NCBI GenBank assembly: GCA_963708075.1
Contig: OY970194.1
Location: forward strand, 4,640,001-4,704,000
Length of the DNA: 64,000 nt
Source of the DNA: Sedimentisphaerales bacterium
GTDB lineage: Bacteria > Planctomycetota > Phycisphaerae > Sedimentisphaerales > Anaerobacaceae
Direction: 5' to 3'
The notes below the pieces were generated by a model. It was given only the letters and a program-made list of their open reading frames with translations, ran no database searches and was not told the origin of the DNA. Below are positions 20,150 to 31,181 of this stretch, in pieces. The position numbers and the translations under genes are program-made. The number at the start of each line of letters is the position of its first letter. The stretch's first letter is position 1.

Positions 20150-21017
20150 TCAGCCGTCTCTGAAGCTTCGCATCCATTCGGGCCAGTCGGTGGGCAGGAC
20201 GTTGCCGGCCTTGGTCCGGGGACCGTTGACATTGAAGCCCTTGTGCCATTTCTGGGTCCAAAGGGCCTTGAGCCAGATCTTGTCGACGTGGAAGTCCATG
20301 TAGACGCTGTTGATGGCCTGAGCATGGCGGTTGATGCAGAAGCGGTTCATTGAGTCGACATCGCCGCTCAGGCGCCCTTCTCGCCCGTCCACTGCCGGCG
20401 GGGTATCTTTGTCCTCAGGCCAGCCGCACCAGAACCAGCAATCCAAGAACAGCGGCACCTGCGCCGCGCCCTTTGAATTGGGTGTCCTCCAGAAGTACTT
20501 GGCGGCCTTGCCGTACAGCGGATCCGATGCTGGTTGGTACACCCAGCCGTTGATGCCGTAGCTGCCCCAGGTGCCGACGGGCCTGTTGCCGCTGGGAGCA
20601 ACGATGCCCCAGGAGGTCTCCGCGTCCCCCCCCACCTCCAGAGTAGTTGTCGCCCCACCCAGGGCCGCAATCTTCATTGCCACCGGGCAGACGCGGAATT
20701 TAGGGTCCTTGTAATAGTAGTCGTACAGCAGGTCGATCCAGCGGCCGGAGTCCGACCCTCGCCTGGAAAACATTCCATTGTTGTCGTCGCAGTACATGGC
20801 CCAGATCGTGCCCCATTGCTTGAGGTTCGATTGGCACGCCACTCCGCGCCTGCTTGCGAACCCGGCCCAGCGCGGGCATCAGGATCGACATCAACAGCGC
20901 GATGATCGCGATCACGACCAGCAGCTCGATGAGCGTAAAGCCCCTGGGATTGATGATGGATGATTGATGATGGATGATTGCGGGATCAACCCTGTGGCGT
21001 GGGGCCCTGGTTAACAT
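20150..21017 (-). CDS. Prepilin-type protein (class A); frameshift near 20843
   Basis: GFTLIELL in ORF 20700 joins VACQSNLKQWG...DWPEWMRSF in ORF 20150. Confidence 0.8.
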
Positions 21018-21139
21018 ACGTCTCCTCAGTATCGTCATAACGTGCTCTCAATGTTCGTTGTACGGCCGCCGCGCTGCCGGCCAGTCACCCGTTCCCTCTC
21101 AATCATCCATTATCCATCATCAATAATCAATACCCCCGC

Positions 21140-22057
21140 CTACTCGACGACATGGGTTTTGCCGGGATAGTGCTGGTCGAGCCAGTCCAGATCCACGCTC
21201 GGCGGATTGAATACCTGTCCCTTGCCGAAGCCTTTTGCGGCGGCTTCCGTCCGGCTGGTGCAGTAAATGATCGTCCGCTTATCTTCCCACTTCTTGCGCT
21301 CCGCGTGGCCATCCATGAAGCTGAACGTGCAGGCGTCGCTGTGATAGATGCCCAGCGGGTCCCACATCGTGCCGGTTCGCGGGGTGTACGACCAGGCTCC
21401 GTGATTGTAGTTGCCCGCGGCGCCGTCGTAGAATTCCTCCACAAACAGCATCTTCAGCGCCTGGTCCTTGAACGTGAAGAGCTTCTTCGGGTCCTTCGGC
21501 TCGATCGCTTTGAGGTAGTCGGAGAGGGAGTAGCTGCGATAGATTCGATAGGCCGCACTGGCCCCCAGGCTCGTGCCGAGGTTCTTGCGATTGTCGCCCT
21601 GGCAGTGATAGACCTTCACGTCCTTCAGGTAGGGGTACAGGACGCCGGCCCTCAGGCCGTTGTATCGCTGCTCGATCGTCACGTCCCCGCTGTTCATGAC
21701 CATCATCGCCCCGCCGGCGGAAATATCCATCGGCGGCATCACCCACGGCGGAACACCGTTGATCGACCGCGACTCCGCCATGCCTCCGCAGATGGACCCG
21801 CCGTTCTCGTCGGCATACATGATGTAGGCCTGGGCGAGCGACCGCTGGTTGGCCAGGCAGGAAATCCCCCGGGCCTGCTCGCGGGCGATATTGAGGGACG
21901 GTATCAGGATGGCCATGAGCACGGCGATGATCGCAATCACCACCAGAAGCTCGATCAGCGTGAAACCGGCGGGATTTATGATCGACGATCTACGATTTAC
22001 GATTTGCCCGGATGCCGGGTATCGTGCCTTCACGGGTTTTGATGTGCCGGTTCGCAT
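21140..22057 (-). CDS. Prepilin-type H-X9-DG protein (class B)
   Basis: [22 protein letters not shown]. Confidence 0.9.
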   Translation of the reverse strand: MRTGTSKPVKARYPASGQIVNRRSSIINPAGFTLIELLVVIAIIAVLMAILIPSLNIAREQARGISCLANQRSLAQAYIMYADENGGSICGGMAESRSINGVPPWVMPPMDISAGGAMMVMNSGDVTIEQRYNGLRAGVLYPYLKDVKVYHCQGDNRKNLGTSLGASAAYRIYRSYSLSDYLKAIEPKDPKKLFTFKDQALKMLFVEEFYDGAAGNYNHGAWSYTPRTGTMWDPLGIYHSDACTFSFMDGHAERKKWEDKRTIIYCTSRTEAAAKGFGKGQVFNPPSVDLDWLDQHYPGKTHVVE

Positions 22058-22110
22058 CTATTACCCTGTTTCTCTCAACTCCCGGTCAGGCCGCAAGTGA
22101 GGGACCACGA

Positions 22111-22923
22111 TCAATAGTCCTTGTAGCGACGCATCCATTCCGGCCAGTCGGTGCCCACGACGTTCCCGGCGAGGGTCCATGGGCCGGATTTGTTGTAGCC
22201 CTTGTGCCACTGGAGCGTCCATAGCTCCTTCAGGCCGACGCTGCGGACGGACCAATCGAGGAACGCCATACTGGTGGCCCCATCATGACGGTCGATACAG
22301 ATACGCTGCATGTGCACCGTGGACTGCCAAGCCTGGAACGGATCATTCGCCGGTCGGTCGACAGCCAGCGGGAAGACATTGAACCGCAGGGCGTCCATCA
22401 TGAGAGGTATATAGGCGGCGCCCGCCACGTTAGGAGTCCTCCACTGGTTCTTCGTCTCAAAACCTTCGTAGACCGTAGTGAGATCCGAGGGCGGGTTCTC
22501 CACCCAGCCGTTGATCCCGTAGCTGCCATAATCGCCCTCGGGAGCATATCCTTCGCCCCAGAACCTGCCCCAGGCGTTGTAGATGTTCAGGTTCTGCGTC
22601 GCCGCACCGTTATTCTCCTCAAAGATCGGTTTCGTGGCCGTGGGGCACAACATGATCTTGTGGTCGTTCTTGTATAGCGGCCGCAGTTCATTGAACCAGT
22701 GGTGCGTGTGGCCGTCGCCTGTGCCCGCCTGGAAGTTGCCGTTGTTGTCCTGGGTGAACATGGAAAAGAACAAACCCCACTGCTTGAGGTTCGCCCGGCA
22801 GGCCACGTTCCTCGCCTGCTTCTTCACTCGCGACAGGGCCGGCATCAGGATTGACATCAACAGAGCGATAATCGCGATCACAACGAGCAGCTCAATCAAG
22901 GTGAACGCTCTGCGCTTACCCAT
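22111..22923 (-). CDS. Prepilin-type protein (class A)
   Basis: [40 protein letters not shown]. Confidence 0.9.
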   Translation of the reverse strand: MGKRRAFTLIELLVVIAIIALLMSILMPALSRVKKQARNVACRANLKQWGLFFSMFTQDNNGNFQAGTGDGHTHHWFNELRPLYKNDHKIMLCPTATKPIFEENNGAATQNLNIYNAWGRFWGEGYAPEGDYGSYGINGWVENPPSDLTTVYEGFETKNQWRTPNVAGAAYIPLMMDALRFNVFPLAVDRPANDPFQAWQSTVHMQRICIDRHDGATSMAFLDWSVRSVGLKELWTLQWHKGYNKSGPWTLAGNVVGTDWPEWMRRYKDY

Positions 22924-23038
22924 CAGTACGCACTCCCGACAAACGTCAGTACCCATATGGCACAAAAAGCCGGACCGCCCACAGCGTCAGCCCGACTCAT
23001 TCTCTGTCACACACCACGCGACGGACCATCGCCCGTCG

Positions 23039-23914
23039 CTACTTCTGACCCCACATGGCGATAGCCGCCCAGATCAGGTCCGGGTTATCCGCCTGCGCGG
23101 GCGGATTCGCCGTGGGCGCGATCTCGCTGCCGACTTTTATGGTCCGAGGATCTTCCCACTTGTGATAATCCGCGTGTCCATCGGCAAAGGAGAAATTCGT
23201 GCCGTCGCCGTGGCGAACCGGGGGCGGGTCCCACCACCGCCAGTCGTTGCGGACCGTCGCCAGCGCCCGTACGGTCCAGCCGCCTATGGCCGCGGGGTTC
23301 GTCCCGCCGTCATCGAGGAACACCATGCGGAACGCCGGCTCCGAGATCCCCAGGCGCCTCTTGATCATCTTGACGCCATTGGGCGGCATGCTACTACTAT
23401 CCCAATAGATGCAGTTCATGGCGTCGGAGATCGAGTAGGTCCGCACCGGCGGTGTCTTGTGCCTGTAGGCATCCATCACCTTTCGCTCCACGGTCGCGCA
23501 CCTGTACAGCTTCAGTGTCTTCGTGTACGGCCACAGCGCGCCGTCCAGGATCGCCTGTTTCTTCTGCTGCTCCGTCAGAGTGGCCTGCCAGTCGACCTCG
23601 CACCAGGGCTTCTCATTGTAGTGGGACCGAATGAAAGGCACAGTCGGATCGGTGTACATGCCGGGACGATTTCTGTACTCACCCGAGTCGCCGTTGACGA
23701 GCTTGTCGTCGTTGTCGTCGGAGTAGACGGTCCAAGCGAGTGTAAGCTGTTTGAGATTACTCAGGCACGCGGCTCGTTTGCCCTGCTCTTTAGCGCGATT
23801 CAGGGCGGGCATCAGAATGGCCATCAGGAGAGCAATGATGGCGATGACCACGAGTAGCTCGATCAGGGTGAATCCTCTTCGTCCCCTGCCCATAGTTGGC
23901 TTTCGCTTTGTCAC
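23039..23914 (-). CDS. Prepilin-type H-X9-DG protein (class B)
   Basis: [39 protein letters not shown]. Confidence 0.9.
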   Translation of the reverse strand: MTKRKPTMGRGRRGFTLIELLVVIAIIALLMAILMPALNRAKEQGKRAACLSNLKQLTLAWTVYSDDNDDKLVNGDSGEYRNRPGMYTDPTVPFIRSHYNEKPWCEVDWQATLTEQQKKQAILDGALWPYTKTLKLYRCATVERKVMDAYRHKTPPVRTYSISDAMNCIYWDSSSMPPNGVKMIKRRLGISEPAFRMVFLDDGGTNPAAIGGWTVRALATVRNDWRWWDPPPVRHGDGTNFSFADGHADYHKWEDPRTIKVGSEIAPTANPPAQADNPDLIWAAIAMWGQK

Positions 23915-24008
23915 GGTCCTTCACCTCCCAAGCAATAGTGCCAGGCGCTGCCGGATCGATACCGTCAAACCGCCATACCCGCCGAAGCGGCCGGCCGCGA
24001 CGATCCCG

Positions 24009-24848
24009 TTAAAAGTCTTTGAACGACTTGATCCAGTCGGGCCAATCCTGCTCCCGAACCCCGCCGGCGATTGTCATTGGGCCGCGGGTGTTGAACTTCT
24101 TGTGCCATTGGAGAGTGTAGAGTTCCTTCAGGCCGACCCTGCGAACGGACCAGTCCAGAAAGGAACTGCTCGTGAAGCCCCTGTGACGGTTGATGCAGAT
24201 GCGCCCCATGTTGTTGGAGCCCCACGCCTCGTACTCATTCGTTGCAGGCTTTTCGGCCTCCTTGGGCCAGTGGTCGAAGCGCATCGCATCCCCCATGACC
24301 GGAATATTGTTGGCATTGGCCAGACTATTCATGTCCCGATAGCCATAGGCGGCAGGTACCGCGCCTTCATACGAGCTGGTCCCCGGGATGCTCAGCATAT
24401 AGCCATTCAGACCATAGCTTCCTGACTGGCCACACGCAGGTATTGTATAAGTTTTGCCCTGGTAGGTCCGGGTGGCCTCGTTCGTGAAGATGCCCCAGGC
24501 ATTGTAGATGTTGAGCGTAGCTGCTCTGACGCCCTTCTCGTCATAGATCGGCTTGGTGGCTGTTGGACAGAACCATAGGCTGTTGGTCCTCCAATCCTGC
24601 TGTTCGAGCGGCAACTGGTGGACCCAATAGTAGCCTACATCACTGGTCCCGGAGTAGAAGCGCCCGTTGTTCTCTCCCATGTACACATTGAAGATAAGAT
24701 TCCACTGGCGCAGGTTCGCCTGGCACGCAACCGATCTAGCCTGATCCTTAACTTTGGCCAGGGCAGGCATGAGGATGGACATCAGCAGTGCGATGATGGC
24801 AATCACGACCAACAGTTCAATGAGTGTAAACGCGCGTCGCTTGACCAT
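24009..24848 (-). CDS. Prepilin-type protein (class A)
   Basis: [40 protein letters not shown]. Confidence 0.9.
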   Translation of the reverse strand: MVKRRAFTLIELLVVIAIIALLMSILMPALAKVKDQARSVACQANLRQWNLIFNVYMGENNGRFYSGTSDVGYYWVHQLPLEQQDWRTNSLWFCPTATKPIYDEKGVRAATLNIYNAWGIFTNEATRTYQGKTYTIPACGQSGSYGLNGYMLSIPGTSSYEGAVPAAYGYRDMNSLANANNIPVMGDAMRFDHWPKEAEKPATNEYEAWGSNNMGRICINRHRGFTSSSFLDWSVRRVGLKELYTLQWHKKFNTRGPMTIAGGVREQDWPDWIKSFKDF

Positions 24849-25245
24849 GTCTAGACTCCATAACCCACGATTCGATACATCTTCACCCAATAGAGATGCG
24901 ATAACTTGACACCCTGTTCCACCGTTTTCTACGTTTTTGTGCCTATGTACTCTCACCGGCGTTGCGTATCATTGTACCGCATCGCGGCCGGTGATGCAAA
25001 CCCAAAGTCCTCAAATATCCCGGATCGCCACGCGTTCCGGCAGCCATCCAGACGCCTCTCCACCCTCAATAGAATAGTCCGCCAATAGGAATTTTCTCCC
25101 CCAAAACGGCATCGCGGTGAGCTTTTTCCCTCGGACAATGCTGCAAGGCATCCGGCGGTCGTCAATGGGTATGACCGTGCCACCCGGGGTTGTGCTTTTC
25201 GAGGCCGGACACATACGAGTGCAGGCGTCAGATCCTGCATCACGC

Positions 25246-26439
25246 TCAGTGCATGTTCGTGTGGTTCGCGGCTGGGGGTGCACCGGCAGTTGGCGTCGCG
25301 GCCGGCGGTGTGGCGGCTGGGGCCGGAGAGGCCGAAGGGTCGGGCAAAGGCAACGGAGCCGTGCGATTGCCGGGTCCTGTCCCGTACGTGAAGTTGAGTT
25401 TCGGAACCAGGGCCCCCGCCTGCCCTGTGCCGCCCAGCACCTTGTCGTGCTCGGCCTGGAGGGTCTCAAGATTCGCCTCCTGCAAGGCCCTCGTCAGGGT
25501 CGGCTGCCGCACGCCCAGGAGCTTGCTGAGGCACTTGTCCTCTACCTCGGCAATCACCGAGGTCAGGTAACTTCTGGAGGCGCCGGTCAGGATATTTCGC
25601 TGCTGGCCCTTGATGTACCGTTGGATGGCAAACGAGTAAAGCTGGGCGAACCGCCTGGCGACCTCCGGGTTGGGGGTGCCTGCGGTGAGCCGGTTGCTGA
25701 GCAGCTTCAGGACAGCCGCATCCGCCAGCTCGTACCCGGTATTCCAGGCGGCATAACGCTTGATCCGCTCATCGGCGGCGTGGATAAGCAGAGTCTCAGC
25801 CGCGGGGGTGTTGAACCGGCCGGCAAAATCGACCATCAGGCTCACGACTTCCGGGCTGCTGGTTTCGATCACCTTGTTGCACTCGGCGAGGATCCGGTCG
25901 GCCAGTTGTGCCGCGGCCGCCTGGTTCTGGTTGAGCTTGGCCCATAGGGCCTGGTCGGTAGCCGTGCGGACGGCCCAATATCGAACGCCGTTGTCCTCCT
26001 GCCCGATACTGCGAACGGCCGTGTCCACCAGCCGCGGATCCTTGAGACTATCCACGAGGATCAGCAGGTTCGCCATGACCTGGAACCGCCTCACCGGATC
26101 GGCGATCCCCTGGGCTTCCTGCAGCCGGGCCAGAATGTGCTTGCCGGCAGACTCCGAGAGCTGTTGCCCGTATTGTGCCTGCGTGCCTTGTCTGCTCAAC
26201 AGGCCAGCGCGGGTCGTGGCAATCTGGGAAAAATCGTCTGTCTGGGCGATCTCCTCCACGACGTCACGCACGAACGCATCGATGGTTGCCAGGTCCTGCG
26301 GGGTCAATACGCTCTTTTTCAGGACCTCATCGATGGCCCGGGTATCGACAACCGCCTTGGCAACAGACAAAAACGCCAGCACCAGGCCGCCGACAAGGAG
26401 GATAAGAACCGTGCTTCTTATCTTCATCTTCGTTAGCAT
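25246..26439 (-). CDS. Exported alpha-helical (HEAT-like) hypothetical protein
   Basis: Signal peptide, VRYWAVR HEAT-like segment, Pro/Ala tail. Confidence 0.7.
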   Translation of the reverse strand: MLTKMKIRSTVLILLVGGLVLAFLSVAKAVVDTRAIDEVLKKSVLTPQDLATIDAFVRDVVEEIAQTDDFSQIATTRAGLLSRQGTQAQYGQQLSESAGKHILARLQEAQGIADPVRRFQVMANLLILVDSLKDPRLVDTAVRSIGQEDNGVRYWAVRTATDQALWAKLNQNQAAAAQLADRILAECNKVIETSSPEVVSLMVDFAGRFNTPAAETLLIHAADERIKRYAAWNTGYELADAAVLKLLSNRLTAGTPNPEVARRFAQLYSFAIQRYIKGQQRNILTGASRSYLTSVIAEVEDKCLSKLLGVRQPTLTRALQEANLETLQAEHDKVLGGTGQAGALVPKLNFTYGTGPGNRTAPLPLPDPSASPAPAATPPAATPTAGAPPAANHTNMH

Positions 26440-26471
26440 TCCTTTCAACAGGACCCTCTACCAATTTATCC

Positions 26472-26500
26472 AGCTTAACTTTACAGGTCGGTCTTGTCAA
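26472..26500 (-). promoter_or_regulatory. Sigma70-type promoter
   Basis: TTGACA-17 nt-TAAGCT on the minus strand upstream of the 25246 gene. Confidence 0.55.
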
Positions 26501-26543
26501 GGGAAATCACCGGTATAGAAGTAGGCGCTGGCCTGCCCCCGGA

Positions 26544-27468
26544 TTATGTGCCAGCTCGAATTAGAGAGTTAACGACAACTTCTTGCCTGTTTGGCGTAGG
26601 CGCAGGCCCCGCCCAAGCCGGAGCCGAAGCCAAACAGGCGGCGGCGAATGCCGCCGGGGTTGCGTAATTCAGCGAACTGTGCGGCCGGTGATGATTGTAC
26701 CGCAGACGATAATCCTCCACCAGTACCTTGGCCTCCCGAAGGTTTCCAAACACCTCCGTGTTCAGCAGCTCATCCCGCAGGCGGCTGTTGAACGACTCGA
26801 TGTACGCGTTCTCCCACGGGCTGCCCGGGGCAATGTACAGCGTGCCGACTCCCGATGTCTTGAGCCACGCCTGGACCGCTTCGGCCACGAACTCCGGCCC
26901 GTTGTCACTGCGCAGGTACTGCGGTGACCCACGCACCGCGAACAGATAGTCCAATGTGGCGATCACATCCTGGCTCTTGATGCGGCGAGCCACCTCGATC
27001 GTCAGACTCTCGCGCGTGTACTCATCCAGGACCACCAGCAGCTTGAGCCGCCGACCGTCGGCGGTCTGGTCCGTCACGAAATCATAGCTCCACACGTGGT
27101 TGATGTGCTCGGCTTTTCGCCGCAGGCAACCATTCTGCGAATCGCCCAGCCGCTTGCGTTTTCCCTTCTTCTCAGGCACTTTCAAGCCCTCCTGACGCCA
27201 GAGTCGATACACCCGTTTGCGATTGACCGACCAACCCTCGGCCCGCAATAGAGCCGTGATCCGCCGGTAGCCGTAGCGCGGATGCCTGCGGCTCAGCCGC
27301 TGCATCGCACCGACCAGAGCCTTGTCCTGATCCACCCGACACGGCCGATACCGCTGCGTGCCCCGCGGCTGGCCCAGCGACTGGCACACCCGACGCTGCG
27401 AGAACCTCCAGGCGTTGACACACATGCTCCACCGCCTCTCGCCGCCGCGTCGGGCTCAGTATTTTCCC
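26544..27468 (-). CDS. IS3 OrfB integrase-core (reached by -1 frameshift)
   Basis: [40 protein letters not shown] slippery site at 27462-27468. Confidence 0.9.
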
Positions 27469-27731
27469 TCAAGGGCCTCCTTCAGAATCGCCTTGTCCAG
27501 CGACAGGTCCGCCACCAGCTTCTTGAGCCGAGCGTTCTCCTTTTGCAGATCCTTCAGCCGCCGGGCCTGATCGACCTTCAGGTGGCCGTAGCTCTTGCGC
27601 CAGTTGTAATACGTCGCGTCGCTGACGCCGAACTCGCGACAGACCTCCTCGACGGTCTTGCCCTCCGCGATCTTGCCCTCGGCCTCACGCAGAAATTTCA
27701 CGATCTGTTCCGGACTGTACTTCTGCTTCAT
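27456..27731 (-). CDS. IS3 OrfA (HTH)
   Basis: YSPEQIV, VCREFGVSDATYYNWRK, ENARLKKLVADLSLD. Confidence 0.9.
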   Translation of the reverse strand: MKQKYSPEQIVKFLREAEGKIAEGKTVEEVCREFGVSDATYYNWRKSYGHLKVDQARRLKDLQKENARLKKLVADLSLDKAILKEALEGKY

Positions 27732-27844
27732 CGGGGTATCCTTTCTGTAAATCCCAACCTATTCTAACGGATACCCTCTAACCCTCACTGGCACATTTTC
27801 TCGGGGGCAGGCCAGCGCTTAGTGTGAGGCCCGCAGTGTCCCAT

Positions 27845-28099
27845 GTGGCACCGCCAGACTCGTCGGGTTCGTCCCAGACTCTTAAGTTCTGGGTGGCAGC
27901 GTCAAGCGCAGCTTGGCGATGGTTCGCCCATCCGCCATCGCCAAGGCCTTCAGCCTTGACGCTGCCACCCGTCTGGGAAGCTTGTACAGGCTCAATCTCT
28001 AGAATGTGGGACGAACCCAACTCGTTTGACGGTGCTGTCTCGATTGTGCCTGATTCTCCGAACCCCGTGGGCAAACAAGCCAGTTTGCCCGTGCCACCC
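27845..28099. repeat. Nested composite: family C REPIN > MITE-like unit > family A2 REPIN (27891-27970)
   Basis: Comparison with the intact copy at 59416; ACTCGT duplicated at 27858 and 28020. Confidence 0.75.
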
Positions 28100-28218
28100 A
28101 GGATTGGGCCTTTCCAGGCTAAGCAGGTACGTATAGAATCGCTCATTACGTGAGGTTGGGATCGATCTTGCCGGGTCTCGACAGATGTGCAAGTCACAGT
28201 GTCATACAGGAGCAGATT

Positions 28219-29874
28219 ATGAGACTATCAAGCTGGAGCGTTGTGATCGCGGCGTGGTATCTACTGGCGGCAGGGATCCTCGTGGCCGCACCGCAGGGCG
28301 AGGTCAGCATCACGGAGTATGGAGCCAAAGGTGATGGGAAGGAACTGTGCACGGAGGCGATCAATCGCGCTCTCAACACCGCTGCCGAAGCGGGCGGCGG
28401 GACAGTCCTTGTGCCCGCTGGGACATTCCTTACGGGCGCCATCAAGCTGCCCAGCCGTGTAACCCTCCACCTGGGACCCGGCGCCGTGCTCAAGGGCAGC
28501 ACCAATCTCGCGGATTACCAGGTCGACGGCCGCAGATACCCCCTCATACGGGCGGAGAAGGCTGAGAATATCGCCATCCTGGGCCCCGGCGTCATCGACG
28601 GCAGCGGCACCAGCTTCATGGACATGACCAAAACCCGGACGGGGCCCTATTTGCCCAAGGACCTGGACCCCAATTTTACGCGACAGGGACGCGAGTACAT
28701 GGATGCCAAGTTCGGCGAGGGCGACGGACCCGTGGTGTATCGGAGCCGCCCCAACAGGCTGATCCGGCTGACCGCGTGCACGAATGTCCTGCTGCGCGAT
28801 GTCATCCTCCGCAATGCCCCCTGCTGGACGCTCCATCTGGAGGATTGCGAGGACGTGGACGTCAGGGGCATCCGCATCGCCAACAACCTGCTGGTGCCCA
28901 ACAGCGACGGCATCCACTGCACAACCTGCCGCCGGGTGCATATCTCCGATTGCGAGATCAGCGCCGGCGACGACGCGATCTGCGTGACGAGCGTCGAGAG
29001 CAGGAACCCCGGCGTCTGCGAGGATGTGACGGTAGCCAACTGCACGCTGCAGTCGCGTTCCGCGGGCGTGCGGGTCGGCTACGGCAGGAACCCGATCAGG
29101 AATTGCACCTTCCAGAACCTCACGATCCGCGAGAGCAATCGCGGCCTGGGCCTGTTCGTCCGCGACGAAGGCTCCATAGAGAATATCCTGTTCTCGAATA
29201 TCGTCATCCGGACACGATTGCACACGGGCCACTGGTGGGGCAACGCCGAGCCGATCCACCTGTCCGTCATCCCCCAGAGAAAAGACGGCAATATCGGCAG
29301 GATAAGGAACATCGGCTTCTCAAACATCGTCGCCGAGAGCGAAAGCGGCATCGTCGTCTACGGCTCCAAGCCCGGCGATATCTCCAACGTCACCTTCGAC
29401 AACCTCACGCTCCACATCAAGAATAGTCCGTTGAACCCGAGCTATGGCGGCAACTTCGACCTTCGTCCCGCCTACGACACCCGGTTCGCCATCTTCAAGC
29501 ACGATATTCCTGCGGTCTTCTCCCGCTACACGGATGGGCTGACGATCCGCCGGCTGGAACTGGAGTGGGATGACAGCCTGCCGGAGTTCTTCGATCACGC
29601 GATTCTCTGCGAGCACTTCACCGGTTTGGTGATCGACGCTTTTCACGGCCGGCCGCCGCACCGGGGCGGGACCAACGCCGCGATCGCGCTGCAGCACGGC
29701 CGGGACGCGATCATCCGCAACTGCATCGCCGATGAAGGCACAGCGACGTTTCTGTCACATGAGGACGTCGCCGGCGATGTGCTCCTGGCGAACAATGATC
29801 TCGCTCATGCGGGTAAGCCCATCTCGCCCGCTACGGACAATTTCACCTCTGTCGGAAATCTGGTGTCGAAATGA
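28219..29874 (+). CDS. Glycoside hydrolase family 28 (beta-helix), secreted
   Basis: YGAKGDG, PNSDGI, GDDAIC, signal peptide. Confidence 0.88.
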   Translation: MRLSSWSVVIAAWYLLAAGILVAAPQGEVSITEYGAKGDGKELCTEAINRALNTAAEAGGGTVLVPAGTFLTGAIKLPSRVTLHLGPGAVLKGSTNLADYQVDGRRYPLIRAEKAENIAILGPGVIDGSGTSFMDMTKTRTGPYLPKDLDPNFTRQGREYMDAKFGEGDGPVVYRSRPNRLIRLTACTNVLLRDVILRNAPCWTLHLEDCEDVDVRGIRIANNLLVPNSDGIHCTTCRRVHISDCEISAGDDAICVTSVESRNPGVCEDVTVANCTLQSRSAGVRVGYGRNPIRNCTFQNLTIRESNRGLGLFVRDEGSIENILFSNIVIRTRLHTGHWWGNAEPIHLSVIPQRKDGNIGRIRNIGFSNIVAESESGIVVYGSKPGDISNVTFDNLTLHIKNSPLNPSYGGNFDLRPAYDTRFAIFKHDIPAVFSRYTDGLTIRRLELEWDDSLPEFFDHAILCEHFTGLVIDAFHGRPPHRGGTNAAIALQHGRDAIIRNCIADEGTATFLSHEDVAGDVLLANNDLAHAGKPISPATDNFTSVGNLVSK

Positions 29875-31181
29875 TGCAGCCAGGTACACGCGCCCTCTAC
29901 GGGCTCATTGTCTCCCTGTCCATGGGATTGGCCGTTGCGAAAGCTGCTGCGCCCGAACCAGCCTCCGAAGCGACCCGCTACATGATTATCGTCACGGGCG
30001 GCGAACTGCTCGCGGGCGCCTATCCGGATGGACACACCCATTTCATCACCCGGACTCTGCACCCGCTGGGCCTGCATTGTGTCGGGTCGATGTGCGTTGA
30101 TGATAAACGTGCGGATATCCAGGAGGCCCTTCGCTTCGCCACCGGCAAGGCCCCGCTCGTCATCGTCACAGGCGGCCTCGGACCTACCGACAACGATATC
30201 ACGCGCGAGGCGCTGTCCGAGTTCTCCGGGATCGCCCTGAAGGAGCACCCGGATGTCCTGCGGGACATGGCCCGACGGTTCAAGACCGACCCGAACTCGC
30301 TTCGCTCGAATCTGCGGCGCCAGACACGGGTGCCCACAGGCGGCACATACCTGAAGAACGCGAATGGGACGGCCGTCGGCCTGGTGTTCGAGAAGCCTGA
30401 CCTGGTGATCGTCGCCCTGCCGGGACCGCCGCGGGAATTGCAGTCGATGGTCCAGGATGAGCTTGTGCCCTATCTGAGCCGGCGATTCGGCACACGCTTG
30501 CCCGGCGCTTCCCTGACGCTGCGCTTCGTGGGACTCGGCCAATCCGAGATCGATCAAAGACTCAAGGAGCACGTGACGCTGCCACCCGATGTGACGACCA
30601 CGTCGCAGTTCCAGGGCGGGCGGGTGGATTTCACTTTCTCGCTGCCTGAGGATACGGCAAAGGCCCGGGCACGGCTGCGCGAGCTGAAAGACCAGATCAC
30701 GAAAAACCTGGGCGACAACATCTACGGCGAGGGGGACACATCCCTGGAGCAGCACGTAGTGAACCTGCTCGCCGAGCGAGGCGAGAAGCTGGTGCTCGTG
30801 GAAGCCGGCAGCGGCGGGCATCTGGCGACGGCGATAAGCCACACCGATGGCGCTGTAAAGGTGCTGGCCGGCGCCTACGTAGCGCCAGGCACCGATGTGC
30901 TTCAGCACATGCTCCAAATGCCCCACGACGACCAGAAGGTGGAAACACTGGCCGGCGCGGCGTCCAAGGCGACGGAAAGTCAATGGGCGGTCGCGGTCGG
31001 CGAGATCACACGCGACGAGAACGGGGCCGGTTATGTGCAGGTGGTCCTCAAGCGGCCCGGCGGCATCGACAATCGCAAGGTCCAATTGCGCGGTACCGGC
31101 GAACCGGCCCAGGAGAACCTCTGTACACAACTGCTGGACCAATTGCGACGTGCCCTCAAAGGAGCAGGCAATGGGCAATGA
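29871..31181 (+). CDS. CinA-like protein (MocF domain + degenerate PncC domain)
   Basis: VTGGELLAG, TGGLGPTDNDIT, NGTAVG, LPGPPREL. Confidence 0.8.
   Translation: MMQPGTRALYGLIVSLSMGLAVAKAAAPEPASEATRYMIIVTGGELLAGAYPDGHTHFITRTLHPLGLHCVGSMCVDDKRADIQEALRFATGKAPLVIVTGGLGPTDNDITREALSEFSGIALKEHPDVLRDMARRFKTDPNSLRSNLRRQTRVPTGGTYLKNANGTAVGLVFEKPDLVIVALPGPPRELQSMVQDELVPYLSRRFGTRLPGASLTLRFVGLGQSEIDQRLKEHVTLPPDVTTTSQFQGGRVDFTFSLPEDTAKARARLRELKDQITKNLGDNIYGEGDTSLEQHVVNLLAERGEKLVLVEAGSGGHLATAISHTDGAVKVLAGAYVAPGTDVLQHMLQMPHDDQKVETLAGAASKATESQWAVAVGEITRDENGAGYVQVVLKRPGGIDNRKVQLRGTGEPAQENLCTQLLDQLRRALKGAGNGQ

Larger units (their letters stand above)
26529..27814 (-). mobile_element. IS3-family insertion sequence (IS407-like)
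   Basis: TG...CA ends, IR TGGCCTGCCCCCG, 4-bp target duplication GCGC, orfA/orfB. Confidence 0.92.

Noticed and set aside
20835..20850. Programmed frameshift in the prepilin gene (and at ~1218)
   Set aside because: No slippery heptamer; a short G-run error is more plausible given other indel clusters
20150..24848. Diversity-generating retroelement targets
   Set aside because: No reverse transcriptase and no near-identical template/variable repeat pair differing at adenines
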